A stretch of DNA of 63,967 bases, counting the filler, from an uncultured bacterium (GTDB taxonomy: Bacteria; Auribacterota; CAZIXI01): the NCBI GenBank assembly GCA_964543115.1. It is 10 parts of 10 records of this genome, joined end to end, with 100 filler letters (N's around TTAATTAATTAA, not from the genome) between each part and the next. Parts side by side here need not be neighbours in the genome. Positions count along the whole stretch, not along the records: positions 6,794 to 13,471 come from CAZIXI010000190.1; positions 13,572 to 20,248 come from CAZIXI010000191.1; 8 more parts are not named here. One strand, 5' to 3'. A program made the position numbers and the translations under genes. Positions 9,180 to 18,190 of this stretch are shown here, one piece after another (positions within the stretch are counted from its first letter, which is position 1; every line of letters begins with the position of its first letter). Under the pieces are notes generated by a model that did not search any database, was not told the origin of the DNA, and saw nothing but the letters and a program-made list of their open reading frames with translations.

Positions 9180-10376
9180 TTATTTTAATAATTCCAGGAA
9201 TTTTTCTATTCGGTTAAAACCTTCTTCGATTTCTTTCAGGGAATTAGCGAAGGTCATGCGGATGTGGCCTTCGGCGCCAAAGGCGCTTCCCGGGACGACG
9301 GCTACTTTTAGTTCTTCAAGTAATTGTTCGCTGAACTCAAGAGAATTTGAAATTGGTTTTCCCTTCAGTTTCCGGCCGAAGGTGCAGGAAATATTAGGAA
9401 AAATATAAAACGCGCCCTGCGGTTCTGCCAGGCTGACGCCGGGTAGTTGCCGGCAGCGTTCTTTAATGTAGTCTCTTCTTTTGGCAAATTCTACTACCAT
9501 TTGCCGGACTTTTTCCTGGCTGCCGCATAGCGCGGAGACGGCGGCTTTTTGGGAGATCGAGGTGGGATTGGATGTGCTGTGGCTCTGAAGTTTGCCCATG
9601 GTGGAGATTATTTCTTTTGGGCCGGCGGCATAGCCGATTCGCCAGCCGGTCATGGCATAGGTTTTGGAAACGGCATTGACGACAATTGTCTGGGCCTTTG
9701 TTTTCTCGCTGTGGGTGGCTATTGAAAAATGTTTGTTGCTGCCGTAAATGAGGTTTTCGTATACTTCATCTGCAATAATGAATATCTCTTTTCCCTCTAC
9801 AAGAGCGGCTATTTCCCGAAGCGCGGTTTCGGTGTATACGGCTCCGGTGGGGTTGTTGGGGCTGTTGATTATGATGGCTTTTGTTCGGTTTGTGACGGCG
9901 GCGGCGATCTTTTGTGTCTGGGGCGCGAAGCCGTCGTCTTCCCGGGTTTCTACCAGTACGGGTTTTGCTTCCGCTAGTTTGATCATCTCGGTGTAACTTA
10001 CCCAATAAGGAGTGAGCAGGATAACTTCATCTCCGGGATTGCAGATGACCTGGAAGATGTTGTAGAGGATATGTTTCGCGCCGCAGCCGATAATGATCTG
10101 GCTTGTTTCATAGCTGAGTTTGTTGTCACGCTGTAATTTTTCCGTTACGGCTTCCTTTAATTCTATTGTTCCGGAGGCGGGTGTGTACTTGGTGAATCCG
10201 TTTTCGATTGATTTAATGGCGGTTTCTTTTATTTCTGAGGGTGTGTCAAAATCCGGTTCGCCGGCGCCGAACCCAATGACGTTGATGCCCGCTTTTTTCA
10301 TGCTTTTGGCTTTGGCGCTGATGGCTAGGGTGGGAGAAGCGGTGATTGCTGATGCTTTTTCTGATAATTTAATCAT
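9180..10376 (-). CDS. aspC: Class I/II PLP-dependent (aspartate) aminotransferase
   Basis: GAGEPDFDTP, NSPNNPTG, DEVYE, SKTYAMTGWRIGY. Confidence 0.9.
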   Translation of the reverse strand: MIKLSEKASAITASPTLAISAKAKSMKKAGINVIGFGAGEPDFDTPSEIKETAIKSIENGFTKYTPASGTIELKEAVTEKLQRDNKLSYETSQIIIGCGAKHILYNIFQVICNPGDEVILLTPYWVSYTEMIKLAEAKPVLVETREDDGFAPQTQKIAAAVTNRTKAIIINSPNNPTGAVYTETALREIAALVEGKEIFIIADEVYENLIYGSNKHFSIATHSEKTKAQTIVVNAVSKTYAMTGWRIGYAAGPKEIISTMGKLQSHSTSNPTSISQKAAVSALCGSQEKVRQMVVEFAKRRDYIKERCRQLPGVSLAEPQGAFYIFPNISCTFGRKLKGKPISNSLEFSEQLLEELKVAVVPGSAFGAEGHIRMTFANSLKEIEEGFNRIEKFLELLK

Positions 10377-10501
10377 TATTATCCTCCTTGGTTTGGAATA
10401 AATAAGTATAAGTTATGTTACAAGAGGAATATCTTACCATTTGGATTCTTGTCTTGGCAAGTGAAAATGTCTGTTCAGGATTGGCGGTGAATTGTCAAGC
10501 G

Positions 10502-10531
10502 TTGACAGGCAGGGTTGATTAATGATATAGT
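10502..10531 (+). promoter_or_regulatory. sigma70-type promoter
   Basis: TTGACA-N18-TATAGT upstream of the ORF at 10575. Confidence 0.45.
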
Positions 10532-10574
10532 CTAGTAAATAATTTTTCTGTCTTTATATATTTATTCAAAAATT

Positions 10575-12473
10575 ATGATGAAAATTAAAATTGCTTATCT
10601 GATTGCTCTGTTGTGTTTTGCTCTTCCGCTTGTTTTTCCGCCGGTTTCTTTTTCCCAGGAAACTAAGGTTCGAGCTACGCTCGTGCCGCCGGTAGCGCCG
10701 GGGACCAGACTGGGTGATGCCGGGTTCGGTCAGTCATATACTGCCAGTATGTTCGTTTCTCTTTTTTATAAGATCTATCCCAATACTGAGTTGGCCAGGG
10801 CGTTAATGAACCTGGAAGAGAACTTGCGGCCGATCTTTCCTGATATTACATTGTGTTTTGATAAAGATAGGGCGGTGCTTTATCTGATCAGGCAAGAGAA
10901 AGAGGGGCAATTTATTGTCTATTGTTTTTGGCCGGATAAAGAGCTGTCAAGGGATAGGGATCCGGTGTTTGTTGATGCCGTTAGTCTGCCGCTCTCTGAG
11001 GACAATGATCAGGTGGTTAGGGATATTATGGGGTTTATAATTAAAAAGTATCAGGTTAATAGTGAGGTGCGCGGAAGGATGCTGGAATTGATGTTCGAAA
11101 ATAATCTGCCGGTAAGGGTGGTTAGTGAATGGACTGATGTTAAAGTGCCGGAAGGGAAGACGAGAGAAGAAATTAATTTGGTTGAATTGGAAAAAGATAT
11201 GCGAAGGATTAAGGGTGCGTTTACTCTCTCTGGTTACCGTAATTGTAAGGTGGATAAAGGAGATTCTGAATTTGTTTATTGGCGGGAGGATGTTTTTAGT
11301 CATGAAATTTTCAGCTGGAAAATGCCCGCAGGGATAAGGGGACAGGTGCGTGATCTCCGGTATTTGGTTAGCGGTCGTGTGTTCTGTCTGGTTTCGGAGG
11401 ATCGCGGGGAAGCAGCGGGTGAAGAGAAACGTTATCGGCAGTCGTTAATTGTTTGGGATATTGCCAGTGCTACTTATCACATGTTGCATTTCAATGTTTC
11501 TCAGGAGGCGCCGATGGTGGTTTTGCCCGACGGGCGTGTTCTCCTCTCCTGCGATGGTCAGATCTATGCGATTGTTCCCGATCAGGGAAAAATAGCGGAT
11601 ATTAGTATTTCTGTGACAATGCGCGGAGATGAGAGGGAAATATATCTGGTTAATGATATGATTCAGGAAAGTAAGGATCCGCAAAAAGTTTTGTTATCTT
11701 CAAAGGTTAGTGGTGAAACAGAAAATTACCTGTTGCGGCTTGATTTTAACGCTAAGAACGAAGAGGATAACGTTTCCGGATTCCTTGTGCCGGTGGCTGT
11801 TTCTTCTCTCTATTATGCTGATTCTCGCCGGATCCTGTTAAAGGCGGGTAAAAGTGTGGGGATTCTGGCAACGTTGGAGGCGGCGCTCTATCTGGTTAGT
11901 CAGCGCCAGGGACGATTGTTGATGCAGACAGAGTTTTGCGCTGCCTGGGGCCGGGCAGAAGAGGTGTTTGCGGTTTCCCGGATGAACCGGGGATTGTTGT
12001 TGCAGCGGTATCATTTTAGAAGAGAGTTGCCTGAACGGTTGACTATCAGGATGTTTGCTAAAAATTTTATTGCTTCCAGCGCGGCAGCTGTTTGTCTTAC
12101 CAGGAAAGGAATGATTGTTGCCGGCGGGAAAACAGTTGGGCCAAAAACTGCCTCAAAGGTGGAACAGGAGCAGATTGTTGAAATGGATCCGCAATTGTCG
12201 ATCGAGCGAATTATCCGGTTAAGGGATGAGCGGCCAAACAGGTCGTTTTCTAAAATCAGTGAAAATGACAGGGTCATTGTTGCGGCACTTAATGATAATA
12301 CTATATATATTATTGATATAGATAATGAAAGGATCAAACAGTATTATGATAGGGCTAAAATGTCTGCGTTGGCGGATCTTGTGAAAAGTACCGATATCTG
12401 GCGGCAGTTGAGGACAAAACTGCTGGATTCGTTTTTTATGATGCAGGAAATCCGTGAGCGGAAGGGGCAATAG
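10575..12473 (+). CDS. Hypothetical secreted protein with probable beta-propeller-like regions
   Basis: 632 aa with a signal peptide ending VSFSQE; beta-rich segments (SLIVWDI, VVLPDGRVLLS, NTIYIIDI); no family recognised. Confidence 0.7.
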   Translation: MMKIKIAYLIALLCFALPLVFPPVSFSQETKVRATLVPPVAPGTRLGDAGFGQSYTASMFVSLFYKIYPNTELARALMNLEENLRPIFPDITLCFDKDRAVLYLIRQEKEGQFIVYCFWPDKELSRDRDPVFVDAVSLPLSEDNDQVVRDIMGFIIKKYQVNSEVRGRMLELMFENNLPVRVVSEWTDVKVPEGKTREEINLVELEKDMRRIKGAFTLSGYRNCKVDKGDSEFVYWREDVFSHEIFSWKMPAGIRGQVRDLRYLVSGRVFCLVSEDRGEAAGEEKRYRQSLIVWDIASATYHMLHFNVSQEAPMVVLPDGRVLLSCDGQIYAIVPDQGKIADISISVTMRGDEREIYLVNDMIQESKDPQKVLLSSKVSGETENYLLRLDFNAKNEEDNVSGFLVPVAVSSLYYADSRRILLKAGKSVGILATLEAALYLVSQRQGRLLMQTEFCAAWGRAEEVFAVSRMNRGLLLQRYHFRRELPERLTIRMFAKNFIASSAAAVCLTRKGMIVAGGKTVGPKTASKVEQEQIVEMDPQLSIERIIRLRDERPNRSFSKISENDRVIVAALNDNTIYIIDIDNERIKQYYDRAKMSALADLVKSTDIWRQLRTKLLDSFFMMQEIRERKGQ

Positions 12474-12490
12474 TGTTCCCTGGGATTTTT

Positions 12491-12539
12491 CCCAGGCTTC
12501 GCCTGGGACTGCCATTATTGGAATGGGTATAGACTGTCC
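12491..12539 (+). repeat. Dispersed GACTGC mini-element, copy B
   Basis: CCCAGG-CTTCG-CCTGGG-ACTGCCATTATTGGAATGGGTATAGACTG. Confidence 0.8.
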
Positions 12540-12551
12540 TGTTTCCCGGTG

Positions 12552-12581
12552 TTGACAGAAAGAGTGTATAAGTAGTAGAAT
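12552..12581 (+). promoter_or_regulatory. sigma70-type promoter
   Basis: TTGACA-N18-TAGAAT. Confidence 0.5.
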
Positions 12582-12666
12582 AGTATTCTTACGAAAGAAT
12601 ATAATATTTCAGATTACGAAAAATCCGCAAGCTGTACGTTGCACGAGAGATTAAAAAGGAGGGTTT

Positions 12667-13035
12667 ATGCCTAAAAAGAAAAAGGCGGTTACGGAGAAAG
12701 ATTTGCCAAGAAGGTATGAGCGGCTGCAGGAATTTGCTCAGAAGGCCAGGCTGGAGGTTGAAAGGATTCTCAAGATTGTCCTTAAAGAAGGAGATTTGAG
12801 TTCAAAGTTATTAAAGAGAAAGATGGATCTTATTGGGCTGGATACTAAGGTAGAAAAGAAGTATATGGAGCTGGGTAAGGAAACGTATAATTTGATCGAG
12901 GCCGGTAAGATATCAGAGTCAAAATTAGTCACTTTGGTTAAAGAGATAGATAAACTTTATGACAGTATTGAAAAGAACAAGAAGGATGTAGATGGTCTTA
13001 AAAAGCTGATTAAAAAGACTGTGGCAAAAAAGTAG
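12667..13035 (+). CDS. Hypothetical Lys-rich coiled-coil protein
   Basis: GGAGG RBS; 122-aa helical heptad-like sequence; followed by a terminator. Confidence 0.75.
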   Translation: MPKKKKAVTEKDLPRRYERLQEFAQKARLEVERILKIVLKEGDLSSKLLKRKMDLIGLDTKVEKKYMELGKETYNLIEAGKISESKLVTLVKEIDKLYDSIEKNKKDVDGLKKLIKKTVAKK

Positions 13036-13060
13036 TGATATTTGAGGGTGGTTGTATCAG

Positions 13061-13099
13061 AACCGGCTTTCTGTAATCTATAAGGAAGCCGGTTTTTTT
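13061..13099 (+). terminator. Rho-independent terminator
   Basis: AACCGGCTT...AAGCCGGTT followed by a T-run. Confidence 0.7.
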
Positions 13100-13100
13100 C

Positions 13101-13268
13101 GTGCTGCGCGTGCTTCGCACGCTTCGCACGACGCGGAACCGACGCGGATCCCTTCGCTGACGCTCAGGACGCAGATCTAACGCGGATCTTTTAAGCAGAT
13201 TTCTTGCGCAGAGCTCCGCCTCGATCTGCGTTGGATCTGCGTTGAAGATCCGCGTTAGATCCGCGTCA
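13101..13268. repeat. Intergenic inverted-repeat cassette with arms of tandem ACGC(G/A)GATC units
   Basis: Left arm GACGCGGATC...TAACGCGGATCTT; right arm AAGATCCGCGTTAGATCCGCGTC; contains CTTCG palindromic inserts. Confidence 0.8.
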
Positions 13269-13281
13269 TCAGGGAGAATAA

Positions 13282-13471
13282 ATGAGGAAGATGCCGATGG
13301 TTTGGCTGGCGGTTGCTTATGCCGCGGGGATTGTGCTCGGGCGTGTGTGGTTCTTTTCTTGGGAAATAACGGTTGTTTTAGCGGCGGCTTCAGGGGTGTT
13401 TTATTTTCTTAATAAGGAGTGGGGGAAAAATATTGCCTTTTATGTCCTGGTTGTCTGTCTTGGGTATGGGT
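13282..13471 (+). CDS. Membrane protein N-terminus, probably ComEC/Rec2 (truncated by contig end)
   Basis: PMVWLAVAYAAGIVLG followed by TM helices typical of the ComEC N-terminus. Confidence 0.5.
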
Positions 13472-13571
13472 NNNNNNNNNNNNNNNNNNNNNNNNNNNNN
13501 NNNNNNNNNNNNNNNTTAATTAATTAANNNNNNNNNNNNNNNNNNNNNNNNNNNNNNNNNNNNNNNNNNNN
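13472..13571. other. Artificial contig linker 2
   Basis: Same 100-nt linker. Confidence 0.99.
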
Positions 13572-13860
13572 CATTGATACTTTTACGGCAACACAATTTG
13601 AATTTGACCGGGTTAAACCTGATCAGACGATGGACGATGTAGATTTTGAACTTTCCGGAGATACCATCCTGCGTAATTCCCAGGAACTGGCGGATAATGT
13701 TTCCAGTCTGGCTTTTGCCTATTTGGATGCTGATGGTAATACCACCGCTACCCAGGCGGATATCCGGATGGTGCAGATTACACTCACGGTGACGGTTGGT
13801 GAGGTTAGTGTTACTTTACAGTCCTTGGCGAGGTTCAGGAACATTGACTGGTATACATAG
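13572..13860 (+). CDS. Minor pilin/pseudopilin (PilW-like) C-terminal part, 5' truncated
   Basis: Frame open from the contig edge; LADNVSSLAFAYLDADG...IRMVQITLTV, directly upstream of the PilX-like gene. Confidence 0.65.
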
Positions 13861-13863
13861 ACT

Positions 13864-14949
13864 ATGAAAAAATCACGGGCTTTTTCCATTATTGTGGCGA
13901 TAGTGGTTATTTTTATTCTGGCCACACTAGGTGTTGCCGGGCTGAGCCTCTTGGTAACGGAGGCGCAGATTGCCGCTGATATTATGCTTTCCAGCAAGGC
14001 CTTTTTCATCGCCGAAGGCGGGCTGGAATATTACACAACGCAGTTAAATAACCAGACTACTACCTGGACAACCCCGCCCGCGGTTCCTTCCAATAAGGCG
14101 CTGGGAGGTGGCGCTTTCTGGATCACCACCGCTAATGTTACGGCAAATGAGATGGATGTTATTTCCGAAGGGCGGATTACCGGCCCGGATGGGGAAACTG
14201 TAGTGCGGGCGGTGCGCGCGCATGTAACGCGCCTGTCCGGTGCCTGGAACGTGCCGGAGGCCTTTTATTATGCCTGTTATGTACAGAATCATATTAATTT
14301 TGGTAATGACGCCACAGCTACATCCACAATTAGCGGTGATCTGAAGGCCAAGATGAATATCTCTATCGGCAGCGGCTGGACCCATACCGGTAGTTCCTAT
14401 CCAAGCAGTACCCTGGAATTTCCCTGGTGTGATTTTGATGCCTATGAAACCTGGGTGGAAGATAATTACGGCAGCGGCCATGTAAAATCCGGTAATTATA
14501 CTTTTACCACTGCGGGCTCGCCCTATAGCGGTGTGTATTTTGTGGGAGGTAATGCTAGTATTGATCCCAATGTAACAATAAACGGCGGGATTGTGACCAC
14601 GGGCGGGATAAATATGAATTCTGCACACGGTTCGGCGATAAATGCCATTAGCGGAGAACCGGCATTAGTGGCCGAACAGGCAATAAATATTCAGAATTCC
14701 GCTAATGTTCAGGTTACCGGTGAGGGCCTGATCTACGCGGAAGCGGGAATCAGTATCCGCAATGTAAGCGGCGGTTCCACTTTTAACGGCACGTTTATCG
14801 CGGATAATAATTTTACGGTTTCCGGCGGCAGTACGGAAAATATCCATATTAATTATACTTCTGATTTGGTTGTAAATCCGCCGCCGTTTTTTACCACAGA
14901 AGATACTGTTGGCATCAATTGGCTGGAAACTTATTCTGGCGGCTATTAA
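13864..14949 (+). CDS. PilX-like pilus assembly protein
   Basis: Prepilin-like hydrophobic N-terminus, KAFFIAEGGLEY PilX motif, beta-helix-like C-terminal region. Confidence 0.8.
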   Translation: MKKSRAFSIIVAIVVIFILATLGVAGLSLLVTEAQIAADIMLSSKAFFIAEGGLEYYTTQLNNQTTTWTTPPAVPSNKALGGGAFWITTANVTANEMDVISEGRITGPDGETVVRAVRAHVTRLSGAWNVPEAFYYACYVQNHINFGNDATATSTISGDLKAKMNISIGSGWTHTGSSYPSSTLEFPWCDFDAYETWVEDNYGSGHVKSGNYTFTTAGSPYSGVYFVGGNASIDPNVTINGGIVTTGGINMNSAHGSAINAISGEPALVAEQAINIQNSANVQVTGEGLIYAEAGISIRNVSGGSTFNGTFIADNNFTVSGGSTENIHINYTSDLVVNPPPFFTTEDTVGINWLETYSGGY

Positions 14950-15000
14950 AAAAATATCCAGCTTGAAAAAAAGTGTAATTTATTGTAATATATATACCTA

Positions 15001-16704
15001 ATGAGAAAACCTAAACAAATTCTTGCTGTTGATATTGGTAAGAGTGCACTTAAATTGGCCGCAGTTGACCTTTCCGGATCACGGGCAACCTTGTTGCATG
15101 CCGAGTGTAAAGAGGCTGCTCCGTCCAAACCCATCGATAAGGAATTTATCAGGTCCGCCCTGGCAGAATTTATCACCCGGCCCCAGGTCCCCAAACAGGT
15201 GCAACTGGTTCTTTCCCCGCCCCTGGTTCAGCTGGAGAGAGTGGAACTGCCCCACATGCCGGCCAAGGAAGTAACGGAAGCTATCCGCTGGAAGATTAAG
15301 GACCGGCTTCGCGTACCCCTGGCGGATTCATTGTTAGACTTTTATATTGCCGATGAATATACCGCAGATGATGAATCCAAGCATATGGTTGTTACGGTGG
15401 CGGTTGTGCCCAAGGTAGAAGTGGATAATTTGGTAGCGGTTATGCAGGAGTTGCATTTAAACGTTGTCGGAATCAGCGTTTCACCCGGCAGTCTGGGGAG
15501 TTTACTAAAATATACTAAAAGCAGCAAACCAGAAGAAACTGTGGCCTGGGTAGAACTGGGTGCCGAGCATGCCCAGGTTTCTATTTATAAAAATTATAAA
15601 TTGCTGTTTGCCCGCCGGCTGCCGATTTCTTCCAATAAACTGACTGATGCCATGTGCGGGGTACTGGTAAGTGATAAAGGGAAAATCGAATTATCCCGTG
15701 AAGATGCCGAGGCGATTAAGCGTAAGCATGGTCTTCCCCTGGGGCAGAAAGAGATGCTTGATGATAAGGTGCCGGCCACGCAGATTGTGGCAATGGTGCG
15801 GCCGATCCTTGAACAGCTGGCCACGGAGATTAAGCGGACATGTAATTTTTACCTTACAGAGCTTAAAGGGGAACTGCCCGTTCGGGTATATCTAAGCGGC
15901 GGCGGCTCCCGCTTGAAGAATTTGGAACTGTTTCTACAGGAAGATACGGGTCTGCAATTTAAATCACTGGATTTATTGGCGCAATTGGATAATCGGACAA
16001 AAGAAGATAATGTTTCTTTGCGTTCATTTTATGGGATATTCGGGGCGATTTTACCGGCCAGCGGTAAAGAAATAAACCTTATTCCCCCGGAACTGGCGGC
16101 CAAGAAACTGGAGACCATTGAAAAAATTTCCATCCGCATGCTGGAACTGGCGGTCATAGCCGTACTGGTTGTCTTATTTATCGGGGTTAAGATGAGAGTA
16201 GGCGGATTTGAGAACCGTTTGAAGAGCGCTAAATCACATTTACGCTCCCTGCGTGAGATTAAGGAGCTCTTTGATGAGTTTACCCACTTTAAGAATGCCC
16301 TGATTACTATTCAGGAGAATAGTCTACCGGGAGAGCTTTTGTTAAAGGAAATAAGTAATCTGGTTCCCACAAATATTGTGCTTTATGAGCTGGATATCGG
16401 CGGAAACGCCAGAGACGCGAATTTTAAGGGTATACTTTATCACCGTTCAGCCATCGTTGAAGATGAGTTGACTTCTTTTATGGAATTGCTGGAGGGATCG
16501 GGTTTTTTCAGTAATGCCTATCTGGTTAGTGTACAGAAAGAGGAGATTGACGATAAGACAGTCGCTGATTTTGAGATCCGCTGTGGTTTAAGCGAGGCTC
16601 TCGGCAATGTTAGAGTTGGCCAGGGCTGGGATGTGGAAAGAAGCCCGCAGATAAAAGAAAGTGTGGAAATGATTAAAGAACAATGGGAAAAAATTAATGA
16701 ATAA
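15001..16704 (+). CDS. pilM: Type IV pilus assembly protein PilM fused to a PilN domain
   Basis: AVDIGKSALK, WVELGAEH, VYLSGGGS (actin-like fold), then INLIP, a TM helix and a PilN-like periplasmic domain. Confidence 0.85.
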   Translation: MRKPKQILAVDIGKSALKLAAVDLSGSRATLLHAECKEAAPSKPIDKEFIRSALAEFITRPQVPKQVQLVLSPPLVQLERVELPHMPAKEVTEAIRWKIKDRLRVPLADSLLDFYIADEYTADDESKHMVVTVAVVPKVEVDNLVAVMQELHLNVVGISVSPGSLGSLLKYTKSSKPEETVAWVELGAEHAQVSIYKNYKLLFARRLPISSNKLTDAMCGVLVSDKGKIELSREDAEAIKRKHGLPLGQKEMLDDKVPATQIVAMVRPILEQLATEIKRTCNFYLTELKGELPVRVYLSGGGSRLKNLELFLQEDTGLQFKSLDLLAQLDNRTKEDNVSLRSFYGIFGAILPASGKEINLIPPELAAKKLETIEKISIRMLELAVIAVLVVLFIGVKMRVGGFENRLKSAKSHLRSLREIKELFDEFTHFKNALITIQENSLPGELLLKEISNLVPTNIVLYELDIGGNARDANFKGILYHRSAIVEDELTSFMELLEGSGFFSNAYLVSVQKEEIDDKTVADFEIRCGLSEALGNVRVGQGWDVERSPQIKESVEMIKEQWEKINE

Positions 16705-17290
16705 AGGATTATTACAGCAGAAAAGTGTAATGTTGCTTACCGGGGCGATTGTCGTCGCAATCGTTGTTTTCTGGTTTGCCGCCTATAAACCTAAACAGAA
16801 GTTAATGCAGTCTTTAAAAACGGAATTATCAGCGGCTCAGCGCGAGATAAATACCGTGCAGGAATTAATCGCCTTTAAGGGTGATATAAATCAGGCAGTT
16901 AATTATTTTAATAAGAGAATAAGGGAGCTGGAAGACAAACTTCCGGATCAGGAAGAAACCACACTGCGCGAGTTGGCCCGTAAGGCGGTAAAGATGGATC
17001 TGGAAGTCATTTCCGTTAATCCTCAGGAGCCGGTAAAAACGGAACTACCCGTTGATGTGCCCGGCTGTGTCTGTGAAGAGCTGGTTATCAATATGGTTAT
17101 CAGGGGCCATTATAAAGATGTCGGTGACTATATCGGTTTATTAGAGGGGGAGTTTCAATCATTGATCACGCTGCAGAAAATAGAGTTGACAAAGATAGAG
17201 GCCAAAACGGACAAAAAAGATAAAAAGGAAGAAGATACCAGGCTGATCGTAACAATGCAGATTGTATTGTATCTATTAATGCCCGCATAG
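16697..17290 (+). CDS. pilO: Type IV pilus biogenesis protein PilO
   Basis: N-terminal TM helix, coiled coil, INMVIRGHYKDVGDYIGLLE motif, position in the operon. Confidence 0.8.
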   Translation: MNKGLLQQKSVMLLTGAIVVAIVVFWFAAYKPKQKLMQSLKTELSAAQREINTVQELIAFKGDINQAVNYFNKRIRELEDKLPDQEETTLRELARKAVKMDLEVISVNPQEPVKTELPVDVPGCVCEELVINMVIRGHYKDVGDYIGLLEGEFQSLITLQKIELTKIEAKTDKKDKKEEDTRLIVTMQIVLYLLMPA

Positions 17291-17305
17291 CGACAAGAGG
17301 ATTAA

Positions 17306-17734
17306 ATGGGAAGACAAGAACTGGAAAAAAAAGCGATAGTTGTTCTGGTTGTAATATTTGTTGTGTTGCTGGTCTGGACTATTCTGGGAAGGAAGAAGAA
17401 GAAACGGAAACAGGCTCCTCCTAAAGATAAACCGGCAGAAACAGTGCGCATAAGAAGGGCGACGCAGGAGAAGAAAGAGATTATCAGTCTAAAAGACATA
17501 CCCTGGGGCCGGGATCCTTTTATTAAGGTACCCCAAAAGGCTGTAGTGGGTAAAGGCCCGCGGTTCACGTTGACCGCGATAATCTGGGATGAAAGTAAGC
17601 CGGCCGCGATAATTAATGATGAGGTTGTTGTTGTCGGTCAGGAGATTCAGGAATATAAGGTTTTGGAGATTAGCGAAAGTACCGCTGTTATCCAGAAGGG
17701 AGATGATATCCTGATTCTGGAGATGTACCAATAA
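17306..17734 (+). CDS. PilP/GspB-like protein
   Basis: N-terminal TM helix; WGRDPF; LTAIIWDESKPAAIINDEVVVVGQEI. Confidence 0.65.
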   Translation: MGRQELEKKAIVVLVVIFVVLLVWTILGRKKKKRKQAPPKDKPAETVRIRRATQEKKEIISLKDIPWGRDPFIKVPQKAVVGKGPRFTLTAIIWDESKPAAIINDEVVVVGQEIQEYKVLEISESTAVIQKGDDILILEMYQ

Positions 17735-18134
17735 ACTCGATTTCGGATTTCGGATTGCAGATTTTGGATTTCGAATTTATTTTTTTGTTTCTACGTGCTG
17801 TTTTGATTGAGGATATTGTTATAGCTAGAAGTTCGTTGGCTTCCTTGTGTAGAAGTTTAATTTTATGATTTTCAGATACCTTGCTTTCAGATAATAATTC
17901 TAACCAATAGATTGTTTCATCTGCTTCTTCTTCGACAATGCCCATTTTAGCAATAAAATCAGCCATTGATCTTGCTCTGCAAGCAGCACGATAGTTAGCT
18001 CCGATAGACGTTCCTGACTTTAATATTTGCCTGCCAATAACATTTGTTGTTCGATTCTTCGGGAATAACTCTACTAGTTTTATTATCTCAAGAGCAAACC
18101 TTTTTGTTCTTTTCTTTAGTATTTCTTTATTCAT
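17688..18134 (-). CDS. Four-helix-bundle protein (TIGR02436 / 23S-IVS protein family)
   Basis: RTKRFALEIIKL...QILKSGTSIGANYRAACRARS.ADFIAKMGIVEEEADETIYWLELL; likely start is the ATG at 18134, not 18173. Confidence 0.9.
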   Translation of the reverse strand: MNKEILKKRTKRFALEIIKLVELFPKNRTTNVIGRQILKSGTSIGANYRAACRARSMADFIAKMGIVEEEADETIYWLELLSESKVSENHKIKLLHKEANELLAITISSIKTARRNKKINSKSKICNPKSEIEFIGTSPESGYHLPSG

Positions 18135-18188
18135 TATTACGCGCTCCAAAATTAATAAATCCGCAATCCGCAATCAGAAATCCGAAAT
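17739..18188. mobile_element. Cassette bounded by inverted arrays of 7-bp repeats around the four-helix-bundle gene
   Basis: (GATTTCG)n-like array at about 17742-17780 and (AATCCG[C/A])n-like array at about 18159-18190 are mutual reverse complements; mobility is inferred. Confidence 0.55.
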
Positions 18189-18190
18189 TG

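Noticed and set aside
17688..18134. Four-helix-bundle protein as Avd of a diversity-generating retroelement
   Set aside because: No reverse transcriptase and no TR/VR pair differing at adenines on this contig.
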